Positions 9,339 through 19,280 of a stretch of 64,000 nt of DNA are shown here, piece after piece; the stretch's first letter is position 1, and each line of letters opens with the position of its first letter. The stretch lies in contig JAEOUH010000070.1 in the NCBI GenBank assembly GCA_016839365.1, positions 89,527 through 153,526 of the forward strand, read 5' to 3'. The position numbers and the translations under genes are program-made. Source of the DNA: Candidatus Hermodarchaeota archaeon (lineage in GTDB: Archaea; Asgardarchaeota; Hermodarchaeia; Hermodarchaeales; Hermodarchaeaceae). A model generated the notes under the pieces. It worked only from the letters and a program-made list of their open reading frames with translations, searched no databases and was not told where the DNA came from.

Positions 9339-9896
9339 TCAAAGCTTCTCTGCGAGCTCTTTACCCACCTGGCGAGCCTTTGCTAAGATGCTTGATGAGC
9401 TGCTCACCGCTGAGCGGTCATCTGACCCAGGCGCAAGAACCGTGGCAAGGTGGTCCATATTCAAGTAACTGAACACATCCTCGAACATGGCCACAGTGTG
9501 CCTTGCATACCGTTCCGAGCCACCACCCATAGGAATCGCCAACACAACCTTCCTGTTTCGAAAGATTGCACGGCTAATGCTCACCCAACGATCAAGAAAC
9601 GCTTTGAACTGGGCCGAGGGTCCCCACCAATAGATGGGTGTTCCCAACACCCACCCTAGGCTTTGCTGCATTGTTGCTGCCAGTTCATTCATGTCATCGT
9701 CTTGGATGCATTTTCCCACCTTGGAGCAGGCGAAGCACCCCTTACAGGGACGGATATCAAGGTCATGAAGGACTACTAGTGATGTTGAAGCACCAGCCTC
9801 ATTCGCTCCAGCAAGTATCTCATTCACCAGGGTTTCCGTATTGCCATTCGAGCGGGGGCTCCCGCTGATTCCAATCACTCGGTGTTCACGTCTCAT
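9339..9896 (-). CDS. flavodoxin-like iron-sulfur flavoprotein (NADPH-dependent FMN reductase family)
   Basis: GSPRSNGNT, CKGCFAC...KCIQDDD and GTPIYW motifs. Confidence 0.9.
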   Translation of the reverse strand: MRREHRVIGISGSPRSNGNTETLVNEILAGANEAGASTSLVVLHDLDIRPCKGCFACSKVGKCIQDDDMNELAATMQQSLGWVLGTPIYWWGPSAQFKAFLDRWVSISRAIFRNRKVVLAIPMGGGSERYARHTVAMFEDVFSYLNMDHLATVLAPGSDDRSAVSSSSSILAKARQVGKELAEKL

Positions 9897-10387
9897 ACCA
9901 TATCGCCTCCTTCTACAAATTCTATTTTGCCTTTACAGCAGGGGTCACCGTCAAGAAGGCTGGCCATACGAATCAAACGCATCTTTGGATTGTACGCTTT
10001 CAAAAGGGCAAAGTCCACTTCACAGTATAGCCGACCAATATCCTCAACCCCACGCTCCATCCACGCTTCGGCATAACAACAGTAAATGGTCCCTTCATCA
10101 CTGTATTCCCAACCACTTTTAGGTAAATCATTGAACTTGGAGAAATTCTCCATCGTTAACTCGAGACCCGCCTTTTTGACCCTTTCATGGATCGCTTTTC
10201 CCCTTTCCGTCCCATAACTTTCAACAGCCTTCTGAATTAACTCTTTACCCTTTGCGTCACCAAGTTCATCGATCAAAGTCTTGGCAAAATGATAGAAGAG
10301 CAATCCAACTTGGTTTCCCACTTTTCGTACTTGCTGTGCACAGTCCTGTTCTGAAATCATCGATGACATCAACCTTTCATCTATCAA
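9893..10387 (-). CDS. L-2-amino-thiazoline-4-carboxylic acid hydrolase-like (V4R-like) protein
   Basis: CCYAEAW...GRLYCEVD...YNP...LLDGDPCC; ATGA overlap with the flavoprotein gene. Confidence 0.8.
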   Translation of the reverse strand: MIDERLMSSMISEQDCAQQVRKVGNQVGLLFYHFAKTLIDELGDAKGKELIQKAVESYGTERGKAIHERVKKAGLELTMENFSKFNDLPKSGWEYSDEGTIYCCYAEAWMERGVEDIGRLYCEVDFALLKAYNPKMRLIRMASLLDGDPCCKGKIEFVEGGDMV

Positions 10388-10681
10388 AGAGTCTGTGTCT
10401 CGTTATATTGAATGGAGGTTCAGTTTTCTAGGCAGCTTATAATACTTCTTCCCAACGGAAAGCTTTATATCATACTTCAAGAGCATGTTCTCACTCACTG
10501 AGAAAAATAAAGTCGTTCGATGCACCCACTTTAAGTGACCTGAACCATCGAACACCAACGGGGGAAGAACCAAGCAGCACTCAATTAGTCACAATCGGTG
10601 ACCTCATGAAGTGAGTCCCCCTTTAATAGGCTCAGGCACCTGGGAACATCAGCGCACCAACACAACCGAACGTGGATAAAC

Positions 10682-12268
10682 ATGAGTATCCTGAGCCGAA
10701 TGTTTGGATTCAAAGAGGATTCCCCCCAAGCTAACCGCATCGCCCTAGTGGTGATGTCACTCGGCTCTGCATGGTCCATCGCATTTCAACTCTCAACCAC
10801 CTTCTGGATGATCTCTATTGCTACGCTATTAGGAGGCGGTGACTTCCTTGTCGGTATGGCGATGGTCGGGCTCCTCGTAATCATCCGTATCGTGGTCCAA
10901 GTCGTGTTAGATTATCCCACCGGAGGTATTGGCGATTGGATAGGCCAACGTTGGATCATCGCATCGGCCTTAATCTGCTATAGTATAGCCTTCTTTCTTA
11001 CTGCCTACGCTGTCTCAGTGGTATTTGTACCGTTTTACATCTTCGTCCTTATCTACGTCCTTATGGGCTTAGGGTCTTCACAAGAAAGCGGTGCTATGCC
11101 TGCTTGGTTCGATAATAACTATCGTGTTGCCATGCCAAAAGACAAAGATCGCAAACAATATGGTGTCTTCTGGGCCCGCGCAGGAACGGTGTTTCAATTC
11201 ATCTCAACCCTTGTCTTGATCCCAGGTAGCATCCTTGCTTTCATCTTCGGTCGGGGATGGGTGTTCCAAGTCCAAGGCGTCGTTTTCATCTTACTTGCCA
11301 TTATGGCTTTCATCTTTATTCGTGATCTCCCCGGTGCCCGAAAACAGGCAGAGCAGCGATCTGGATTCCGTGAATACGGTCGCCTCCTTAAAGATGGCAT
11401 CCAGTTCATGGGATCTTCAAAATTCGTAACTTTCACCATGGCAGGTGAAATGCTCATGTGGGCCATTGGTATCGTATGGTGGGAAATCCTGCTGTTCCCC
11501 CTCTATTTCTCCTATTTACTTAGTGATATTGCTGTGTCCGCATTCCGCACCTCGATGTTTGCACCAATGATCGTCGCACAGGAGAGGTCAGGTGTTGTTT
11601 CGCAGCGGATGGATCCGGTGAAGTGGATTCCTAGGCTTCGGTTTATTCAGTTTATGGGAGTTGCCTTTTGTTTTGGGCTCGTATTGATAACCGCAGTTTT
11701 TCCACCACCATTTGCTGTGACTGAATTCATTACGGTCTTCATTCCGTTTACTGCCATTCCCTTCATGACCTTACCGTTCGTATCGATTCTTCCAGTGATT
11801 CTGATTTGGGTGCTTTTCGTTTCTGCTGACTTTATCGGTCGAATGACTGAAGTGCTGAGCGGGCGTGTAATGTTGGATGTTTTTCCCAACCGCATTCGCA
11901 ATTGTATGTATAGCCTTCGCCCGACTATCGCATTTCTACTCTCAATCCCTCTAATCTTCATAATTAGTCAGCTCTTACCGTTCGTTGGATTTCCTGGAGT
12001 ATTTGCGATTGCTGCTGCCGTAGCTTTAATTGGGGCTTTTCTCATTCACAGAGGATTCAAACACCCGATTCCCAAGGATGAATCCATCGACGAGCTTCTT
12101 GGAGAAGTTACTGATGAGGTTCCGGAAATCCCTGAGGCTCCAGTGGTAGGCATTCCTGAATTACCTCTCCCCGCTGAGGCTCCTGCCCAAGCCTACAAGG
12201 AACTTGACAAACGAGCGATGGCAACCGAAGCATATCAGAAAACAGAAGAAGTCTATAAGCCCAAATGA
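10682..12268 (+). CDS. MFS transporter with acidic Pro-rich C-terminal tail
   Basis: DYPTGGIGDWIGQR motif A variant; about 12 hydrophobic segments. Confidence 0.88.
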   Translation: MSILSRMFGFKEDSPQANRIALVVMSLGSAWSIAFQLSTTFWMISIATLLGGGDFLVGMAMVGLLVIIRIVVQVVLDYPTGGIGDWIGQRWIIASALICYSIAFFLTAYAVSVVFVPFYIFVLIYVLMGLGSSQESGAMPAWFDNNYRVAMPKDKDRKQYGVFWARAGTVFQFISTLVLIPGSILAFIFGRGWVFQVQGVVFILLAIMAFIFIRDLPGARKQAEQRSGFREYGRLLKDGIQFMGSSKFVTFTMAGEMLMWAIGIVWWEILLFPLYFSYLLSDIAVSAFRTSMFAPMIVAQERSGVVSQRMDPVKWIPRLRFIQFMGVAFCFGLVLITAVFPPPFAVTEFITVFIPFTAIPFMTLPFVSILPVILIWVLFVSADFIGRMTEVLSGRVMLDVFPNRIRNCMYSLRPTIAFLLSIPLIFIISQLLPFVGFPGVFAIAAAVALIGAFLIHRGFKHPIPKDESIDELLGEVTDEVPEIPEAPVVGIPELPLPAEAPAQAYKELDKRAMATEAYQKTEEVYKPK

Positions 12269-12622
12269 ACCAGTTTAATTTCTGTGAAGTGACAATTCTT
12301 TCCTGAAATATTGGGTTGGGGTGGTAGTTCCAGGCTTTTGTATACGTGACAAAACCAACCCGTGTCTTTATAAGAAGTAATTCTATTTAATCTATATATT
12401 CTATAAATATACTATTAAACGCTTGCGCCCCTGCCAATACTGTCACCACACCGAGCGTCTCCTGTGCAGTGAACACAAAATCAACAAGGGCTCGGAGTGT
12501 TGTTGCCACTGTGACCGGGCTGGGTTTGAAACCAAATCTAAAGCCATCAAAAACAGATGTTCGCAAATGCTGTTCTCTTTCGCCTTTAGTCTTTATTGAC
12601 CTGTTGTAATGCTCTTCCATTA

Positions 12623-13183
12623 CTACTTATCTGAGGTAGTGGGCTGTGGGCGCCATGGTGTGGATCGAGGAATCCATCGCGGAACATTCAACTTGTATTC
12701 TCGATACTCGTTCCCGAATCGTTTCTCCAGATTTGGTTCTTCCCATCGGATAAACCAGATATGATTCAAAACCCAGAAAATTAAGAACATGACAAAGATA
12801 AGCGCGGCCCCAAAAATAAGCGCTTCGCCAAGAAGCGTTAACAATACACCCCAAATCATCGGATTGCGAACATAGCAGTAGAGTCCAACGACGACAAAAC
12901 GTTGGGTGGGTGCCCATGGCGCGAGGGTGCCTTTTCCGGTATAGGCGAAGGCTCGGATAGTCTTGTACAAAGTTAGAAAGCCAATGGCAATGATAATGGC
13001 ACCTAGTATGAGAGTTAAAGGATTCAGGGGATAGAGGAATAACCAGGGATAGCCTGACCACATTGATAAGAACATGAGGAGAATGGGAATGATTACGATG
13101 ACCATAAAAGGGAGGGCAAGAATGGCAAATAGGTGCTGTCTAGCGGACATTGGGGATATCGCCTGAACCCTTTTGGGTTTCAA
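12623..13183 (-). CDS. isoprenylcysteine carboxyl methyltransferase / PEMT family membrane protein
   Basis: GLYCYVRNPMIWG and EEPNLEKRFGNEYREYKLNVPRWIP. Confidence 0.9.
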   Translation of the reverse strand: MKPKRVQAISPMSARQHLFAILALPFMVIVIIPILLMFLSMWSGYPWLFLYPLNPLTLILGAIIIAIGFLTLYKTIRAFAYTGKGTLAPWAPTQRFVVVGLYCYVRNPMIWGVLLTLLGEALIFGAALIFVMFLIFWVLNHIWFIRWEEPNLEKRFGNEYREYKLNVPRWIPRSTPWRPQPTTSDK

Positions 13184-13221
13184 GATTTATAAGACTTCAA
13201 ATTTCATAGCTTCTTCCAGGG

Positions 13222-13743
13222 ATGCATATGCCAACGCTTGAAGAAACGGAGTTCAAAGGTAAAATTGCCTTTAGTCTCGGTCGCCAATTCCGAGCTATGT
13301 GGGCGATGACTCGGAATGCCATTGAACAAATCCCAGATAAGAAATGGGCTGTAGGTATCAAGACCGATAATGAATGGTTCTATTCACTCCGTGTGTATCA
13401 TATGGTTGAAACGGCTGAATTCTATTCTCGGGATGCTCCTAATGGGATGCAATGGGGTGCTAGGCTTGGAACAATCAACTGGTGGGAAACGCTTACTCAT
13501 GAGGAAGCTGCTAAAAAAGTGATCAAAGGAGATACTCTCATTTACCTAAACGAGATAGCCCAATACTTGGAGCGTAAATTGAAAGGTATGACTGATGAAG
13601 AATTGCTGGCCAACGATGGGTTCCACTGGTTTACCTCAATACTCGAGAAATACCAATACCTTATCCGGCACAATACCTTTCATCTGGGTGAATTGACCAT
13701 GCAACTTCGAGCCATGAGCCATGAACGAATAAAATGGACATAA
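13222..13743 (+). CDS. DinB family protein
   Basis: VYHMVE and RHNTFHLGEL His triad pattern. Confidence 0.8.
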   Translation: MHMPTLEETEFKGKIAFSLGRQFRAMWAMTRNAIEQIPDKKWAVGIKTDNEWFYSLRVYHMVETAEFYSRDAPNGMQWGARLGTINWWETLTHEEAAKKVIKGDTLIYLNEIAQYLERKLKGMTDEELLANDGFHWFTSILEKYQYLIRHNTFHLGELTMQLRAMSHERIKWT

Positions 13744-13962
13744 GCACTTAATGATGAATTTAGATGGGTCTCAACCAGCAAATAAATCAAAATCTACTCC
13801 ATTTAACACTGAATCGTCCGGATTATGCCAATCATCTTGCGCCCAACAAAATCGCTAGAAAACCACCTGCAAATCCTTAGCAGGGCCATTGGAAACATAA
13901 AGTAATTAACCTCCTCTTCTGTCACTCAAATCACATTATGTGACTCAAGGGTTGGTTAGTTC

Positions 13963-14772
13963 ATGGATGAATACTATGAAGCGAATAAGCGCCGATGGAA
14001 TGAACTTGTTGCAATTCACGCGAAGTCTGAAGAATATGATCTAGAAGGCTTTCTGGCTGGAAAAACAAGTCTACATCAGGTTGAATTGGATGCACTTGGT
14101 ATTGTATCTGGGAAGAGTTTATTGCATTTGCAGTGTCATTTTGGTCTTGACACCATCAGTTGGTCTCGTTTAGGTGCAAAAGCAACCGGTGTAGACTTTA
14201 GTGAAAAAGCTATCGAGTTTGCTCGCGAACTTGCACAACGGGTAGGGGCAGATACCCGTTTCATTTGTAGTAATATTTACGATCTCCCCAAAGTCCATCA
14301 AAGCGAATATGACATTGTTTTTACTAGTTTTGGGGTCCTTTGCTGGCTTGCAGACATCAAATCATGGGGTCAGATAATTGCACACTATTTGAAACCAGGT
14401 GGAACCTTCTTTATCGCGGATAGTCACCCGTTTTTCTGGATCTTTGATATTGATCATCCTAGCGAGCTTAAGATCAAATACTCATATTGGTATTCAGACG
14501 AGCCACTTAGTTATGATGCGGACGGGACCTATGTTGATACGGACATAAAGTTGACCAATACGAGGGGTTATGAATGGGCTCATACTGTAAGTGATGTTCT
14601 CAATGCCTTGATCCAGGCAGGTCTCTTAATCACCGAAGTCAAAGAATTTCCAAATTTACCATGGAAACCAGTTCAATTTGCAGAAAGGAATCAAGATGGA
14701 GAATGGCATATAGAAGGAGATCTCTTACCACTATGTTGGAGTGTTAAAGCTACTAAGCCCTTAACGTCGTAA
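13963..14772 (+). CDS. class I SAM-dependent methyltransferase
   Basis: LLHLQCHFGLDT, GVDFS and LKPGG motifs. Confidence 0.9.
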   Translation: MDEYYEANKRRWNELVAIHAKSEEYDLEGFLAGKTSLHQVELDALGIVSGKSLLHLQCHFGLDTISWSRLGAKATGVDFSEKAIEFARELAQRVGADTRFICSNIYDLPKVHQSEYDIVFTSFGVLCWLADIKSWGQIIAHYLKPGGTFFIADSHPFFWIFDIDHPSELKIKYSYWYSDEPLSYDADGTYVDTDIKLTNTRGYEWAHTVSDVLNALIQAGLLITEVKEFPNLPWKPVQFAERNQDGEWHIEGDLLPLCWSVKATKPLTS

Positions 14773-14834
14773 CACAGTGTGAGAAAAAGAATGAAATGGC
14801 TCCTCTGATTGATGAGCTTCCTTGCGAAGAAAAC

Positions 14835-15506
14835 CTATTCAGGCATTTCTTTTTTCGCGCTTTCAATCCAAAGTTTAACTTTATCTTTGGTGATTTTGTA
14901 GCCCTTGGGAACTTGAACTCGACCAAATTTTTCAGCAGTTGAAACCTTATTGTATAGGTCTTCAATATCTGCTACAGCCAACTCTTCGATGCTGGTGATA
15001 TTGGCACCCAGAACGATGCATTCCGCATCTTCGTTGGACACATCATTCAGCCAGGTCAAACGGGCCATCGCAATCCACTTCTGCGCAGTCTTGTTGTTGA
15101 CACCAGTTAACTCCGATACAGTTTCTGGTTTTGATAGAGCAAGATCTTCAACCCACTTGATGTTACCCTTTTCAAGTTCGTCTTGATACTTCTTGCCGAT
15201 TCCTTCAACGGTGCTGACGGGGAGCTGTTTCTTACCTGGTTGTGGGAGCAGGACTTCGGGAATAAATTCCTCGGGACCTGCAGTAACTTCTACCTTCTTC
15301 GGTGCCTTGCGTCCACCGGATGTGATGGCAATCACAATTCCGCCGATGAGAACCATTATCCCAATAGCGATTATGCCAAGCCCAAGGTTGAATGCTGTGG
15401 GCTGTGGTAAATTGTTCCAAGCCCAAGCGCCGATGAATAGTAGGATGACACCAAGGATGATAGCAATCACTGCTACTGTTTGATCTTTCAGATCCATAGT
15501 AAACAC
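14835..15506 (-). CDS. membrane-anchored DUF4332 (helix-hairpin-helix) protein
   Basis: Two N-terminal TM helices, then VEGIGKKY...KWIAMARL...ITSIEELA...WIESAK. Confidence 0.8.
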   Translation of the reverse strand: MFTMDLKDQTVAVIAIILGVILLFIGAWAWNNLPQPTAFNLGLGIIAIGIMVLIGGIVIAITSGGRKAPKKVEVTAGPEEFIPEVLLPQPGKKQLPVSTVEGIGKKYQDELEKGNIKWVEDLALSKPETVSELTGVNNKTAQKWIAMARLTWLNDVSNEDAECIVLGANITSIEELAVADIEDLYNKVSTAEKFGRVQVPKGYKITKDKVKLWIESAKKEMPE

Positions 15507-15630
15507 CTTTGTATGATCGGTCGAACCTATTTTTTGAAACTCATATAAATGAGGTAGGTCTTGCGAGCTCCCCCGATATCCATAAGATTAAAATTACGAA
15601 TCATGTGGGTTAATGCTAAAGTGACTACTC

Positions 15631-16755
15631 TTGCCACCATCCGCAGATTCACGTATTCTCATAGGAAAGGTTGGAATTATTGTCATTATCATTTGGTTCA
15701 TTTCAACCGGAATTAGTATTGATTCAACAAAAAGTATCAATTTGATGAACTCCAACCTAGCCCCTCCCATCGGTGATTCATGTACAATTTTTACTACCAC
15801 AATTGGCAATCGTGTTTTCTTTGGGAATAATGAAGATTATCGGCTCTGGGGAATCTATGCTTGGTTCATACCCGCTCAGGTGATCTGGACACCATCGGGA
15901 AGCCATACTACCTATGGTGCTATCTTTTTTGGATTTGATGACAATGGTGATCCGGCTGATGGGTATCCTCAAGGTGGAATGAATGACCAAGGATTATGTA
16001 TCGATGGTAATGCCCTCAGCGAGTATTCAATACATGATCATCCTGAAAGGGATACGCCTTACTGTGCGATGATGGCTCAGGTGCTTTGGGAATGTGCTAC
16101 TGTCGAGGAAGTTGTATCCTGGTATCAAACTCACCGTATCGGAACGTCAATGCCCTATCAATTACACTTTGCTGATGCGACGGGTGATGCAGTCGTCGTC
16201 GGTCCCGGTGATGACAATGAAATTGCCTTTACACGCATTCAGACCAACACCTGCCTGGTATCAACCAATATCAATGTCGCCGATCCAACTCGTGATGTCT
16301 TTGATTGCTGGCGATACAGCACTGCCATGCTCATGCTTACGGCCATTTCGTCAGAATCCGCTCTCACAATGGAGGCGTGCAGGGACGTCCTTGATGCAGT
16401 TCACCAAAACGGGCTTTATGCAACTAAGTATAGTAACGTATTCGACTGTGTTAGTCGAGACATCTATCTGTGGTATGATCGTGACTATACAATGGCTGTA
16501 ACGATGAACCTTGATGTTGAATTAGCTGCCGTACAACCGGGAGCTCCCGGATACACTGAATCACTCACTCTCTATCATGCAGTCGCTGAAGATGGTAATC
16601 TTCGCTACAGAAAACTCGCCCTTACGGACTTTTTTGCACCACCTCCTCCAGTAACTCTCTATCTAGTAATAGCGATTGGGGGCACTATCGCCACAATTGT
16701 CATTTTGTCGTCTGTCTTACTCCTGCGACGAAAACACAAAGCTAAGATAGCTTGA
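15631..16755 (+). CDS. Ntn-hydrolase (C45/choloylglycine hydrolase-like), secreted and C-terminally membrane anchored
   Basis: N-terminal hydrophobic segment, SCTIF...GNNED nucleophile motif, GGMNDQGL, HFADATG, C-terminal TM plus RRKHK. Confidence 0.8.
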   Translation: MPPSADSRILIGKVGIIVIIIWFISTGISIDSTKSINLMNSNLAPPIGDSCTIFTTTIGNRVFFGNNEDYRLWGIYAWFIPAQVIWTPSGSHTTYGAIFFGFDDNGDPADGYPQGGMNDQGLCIDGNALSEYSIHDHPERDTPYCAMMAQVLWECATVEEVVSWYQTHRIGTSMPYQLHFADATGDAVVVGPGDDNEIAFTRIQTNTCLVSTNINVADPTRDVFDCWRYSTAMLMLTAISSESALTMEACRDVLDAVHQNGLYATKYSNVFDCVSRDIYLWYDRDYTMAVTMNLDVELAAVQPGAPGYTESLTLYHAVAEDGNLRYRKLALTDFFAPPPPVTLYLVIAIGGTIATIVILSSVLLLRRKHKAKIA

Positions 16756-16762
16756 TATCAAA

Positions 16763-17491
16763 TCAGAATTCGATGACCCGAGGAAGCTCACCGGCAATCT
16801 TTACAGAATTTGTCGCCTCTTTTGGAAGAGGGGCAATTCCATCAAACCCGGTCTTTTCTACAAACTCAATTAGCATCAACCGAAGCCCTTCTGGATCCCA
16901 TTTTGCCATTTTCTCTAAAGTGTCCACACCAGCATCGTAGTATAACCGTGCACGTATCCCTTTAACGCCGGGTAGTCTGGCTAAGTCGGATAGTTTCACC
17001 AATTCGAGGATTGCTTCTTCGGGGATGTCAAGCTCGCTAGCGAGCTGCACTCTTTGTGAGGGAGTTGCTCCCCTAGTCCGCATCTGTTGCACATCACGGA
17101 TTCCTGCGGCTTCGAGTTTTGCCACATACCCGACGTTGACACCTCTGAAATCTCGTAATCGAAACTCTTTTCGCGTCTTTTGGGTTAGGGTTTTCCTGAG
17201 CTCTGCAACTCGGTTCGCCATTATCTTATTACCTATGTATCGGTAGTAATAGTGGATCGCCCACAGCTGACCCTTCGCCGCGGTTTCTTGGTCTTCTTCG
17301 AACCAAGTAACATAGGTTGAAATATCCTCAGGGGCTGCGTCGTCAAGGGTTTTCCCATCGGCATACTTGTGCAAGTACGCCTCATAGCTGTGGACTAGCC
17401 TGAGAATGCGCTCCACCACATGAGGCTTGCGACCCCCCCTTTTCAGAAACTGGCGAAATGCTTCTTCGTCCACGCCCTGAACACCATCCAC
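16763..17491 (-). CDS. DUF4332 domain protein with N-terminal helical (integrase SAM-like) domain
   Basis: FRGVN..YVAKLEAAGI, LSDLARLPGVKGIRARLYYDAGVDT HhH repeats. Confidence 0.8.
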   Translation of the reverse strand: MDGVQGVDEEAFRQFLKRGGRKPHVVERILRLVHSYEAYLHKYADGKTLDDAAPEDISTYVTWFEEDQETAAKGQLWAIHYYYRYIGNKIMANRVAELRKTLTQKTRKEFRLRDFRGVNVGYVAKLEAAGIRDVQQMRTRGATPSQRVQLASELDIPEEAILELVKLSDLARLPGVKGIRARLYYDAGVDTLEKMAKWDPEGLRLMLIEFVEKTGFDGIAPLPKEATNSVKIAGELPRVIEF

Positions 17492-17604
17492 TGCGATGTT
17501 ATGCGTAGTTATGGTTTTTATTTCTTGACCTGAGATTGGTTATAATTCTCTGAATGGTTGGGTTGTGTGAGGGATTTTTATTGGGTAGATGAGGAGCTAG
17601 ATTC

Positions 17605-17964
17605 ATGTCTTTCTCAACAAACCTATTCCAACAGATAATCGAGGTGACGGGCTGTGACCAAGAGCAATTAATGGACTGCTCATTTGTTGAGACTCTAATT
17701 CGAGACGTAGCAGAATTAAGCGAAATGGAAATTCTACACGGTCCAGTCATCGTTGAGGGAAGACCACACAATCCAGGGCTAACTGGATTTGCAATTATCG
17801 ATTATTCCCATATCGCGGTACACACCTTTCCCAGTGACCGTGAATTATTCCTCGATTTATGTTCGTGCAAAGTGTTTGATGCAAAAAAGATTGAAGACTA
17901 CATGCAACAGAGGTTGAACGTAAATCCATCTCATGTGAAGAGCACCCGACTCAACTTTGATTGA
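17605..17964 (+). CDS. pyruvoyl-dependent S-adenosylmethionine decarboxylase family proenzyme (SpeD/SpeH-like), variant cleavage site
   Basis: GLTGFAIIDYSHIAVHTFP...FLDLCSCK matches the class 1b AdoMetDC pattern. Confidence 0.8.
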   Translation: MSFSTNLFQQIIEVTGCDQEQLMDCSFVETLIRDVAELSEMEILHGPVIVEGRPHNPGLTGFAIIDYSHIAVHTFPSDRELFLDLCSCKVFDAKKIEDYMQQRLNVNPSHVKSTRLNFD

Positions 17965-18077
17965 GTTTTATTACTTGTTCGAATGACGTTTCTACTCAGG
18001 TCGGACCGTCTTCCAAAATAGTTATACAGGTAGTGATAGGACACACGGCGAAGTATATCCCTTCATGAGGGCCGCCT

Positions 18078-19244
18078 ATGTTCGCAGAGCAAGGATTACC
18101 GAAAAAGCAAGTACTCGAACTCCTGTCAAAAACACTGAATCTGGATTCAACATATGATAGTGGATATCCTGTTTCCTCGATGTCCTCAACTCCACATAAG
18201 TTAGGTATTGAAATCTATTCGGATACTATGGATCGAAATGCTGGTCGCTATTACACCTTCCAAGGCTCCGAACAAATCGAACATGAAACCCTCAACATGA
18301 TTGGAGATCTATTCCAAATTAACCATCCTTATGGAACTAGTACCTCAGGAGGGACTGAATCGAATATCCTGGCGATGCTAGCCGCACGCGAAACTAGCTC
18401 TAGTAGCATTCAACGCCCCACCATTATTGCCCCCGAGACAATCCATTCTTCCGTGGAAAAAGCAGCCTGGATTCTTGGACTCAACTTGTTTAAAACTAAA
18501 ATCGATGATCAGTATCGAGCCATCCCTGAAGAAATTGAGCAAGCCATCACCTCAGATACCATTGGGATCTTTTGTACTGCTGGAACCACGTACTTAGGGC
18601 AAGTCGACCCGATTCCTGAAATCGCTTCCATTGCAGACACGCATCAACTCCCTTTACACGTTGATGCCGCCTTTGGTGGATTTGTTCTGCCCTTCCTCAA
18701 GGCACTTGGCTATCCCAGTCCTTCCTTTGATTTCCAAAATCCGGGTGTGACGAGTATTAGTATGGATCCACACAAAATGGGCCTTGCACCCATTCCTGCA
18801 AGTTTTCTCCTCTTTCGAAATCAAGAACCATTACAAAAGATTACGATGAATGTCCCCTACCTACTTGGATCAAGCGCAAACCAACGCTCTCTTCTTGGAA
18901 CAAGACCAGCGGGACCAATTCTCGCGACTTGGGGGATTATGAAACACCTAGGTCGCAAGGGGTATCGGAATATTATCGAAATATGCATGAATAATACAAT
19001 GTTAGCGATGAACCGAATCGCCGAGCATCCAAAACTAGGGGTACCAATTCAACCAATCATGAATCTGCTAGGCATTCAAATTGAAGGAAAGCCCTTACAA
19101 CAAATCGCTGGTGCCATGGAGCACAAGGGTTGGCGAATGGCGCTCTCCCCAATACCACCGACGATTAGAATGGTGGTCATGCCTCATTTAGAACCGGATG
19201 CTATTAATGCCTTCTTTGATCAGCTCATTCAAGAACTTGACTAA
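18078..19244 (+). CDS. mfnA: group II PLP-dependent decarboxylase, MfnA (tyrosine/aspartate decarboxylase)-like
   Basis: SGGTESN, HSS, AGTT.LGQVDPI, HVDAAFGG and DPHKMG (PLP lysine). Confidence 0.8.
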   Translation: MFAEQGLPKKQVLELLSKTLNLDSTYDSGYPVSSMSSTPHKLGIEIYSDTMDRNAGRYYTFQGSEQIEHETLNMIGDLFQINHPYGTSTSGGTESNILAMLAARETSSSSIQRPTIIAPETIHSSVEKAAWILGLNLFKTKIDDQYRAIPEEIEQAITSDTIGIFCTAGTTYLGQVDPIPEIASIADTHQLPLHVDAAFGGFVLPFLKALGYPSPSFDFQNPGVTSISMDPHKMGLAPIPASFLLFRNQEPLQKITMNVPYLLGSSANQRSLLGTRPAGPILATWGIMKHLGRKGYRNIIEICMNNTMLAMNRIAEHPKLGVPIQPIMNLLGIQIEGKPLQQIAGAMEHKGWRMALSPIPPTIRMVVMPHLEPDAINAFFDQLIQELD

Positions 19245-19280
19245 TCATCTTTGATCGACAACCGCATCACGTACCCTTGG

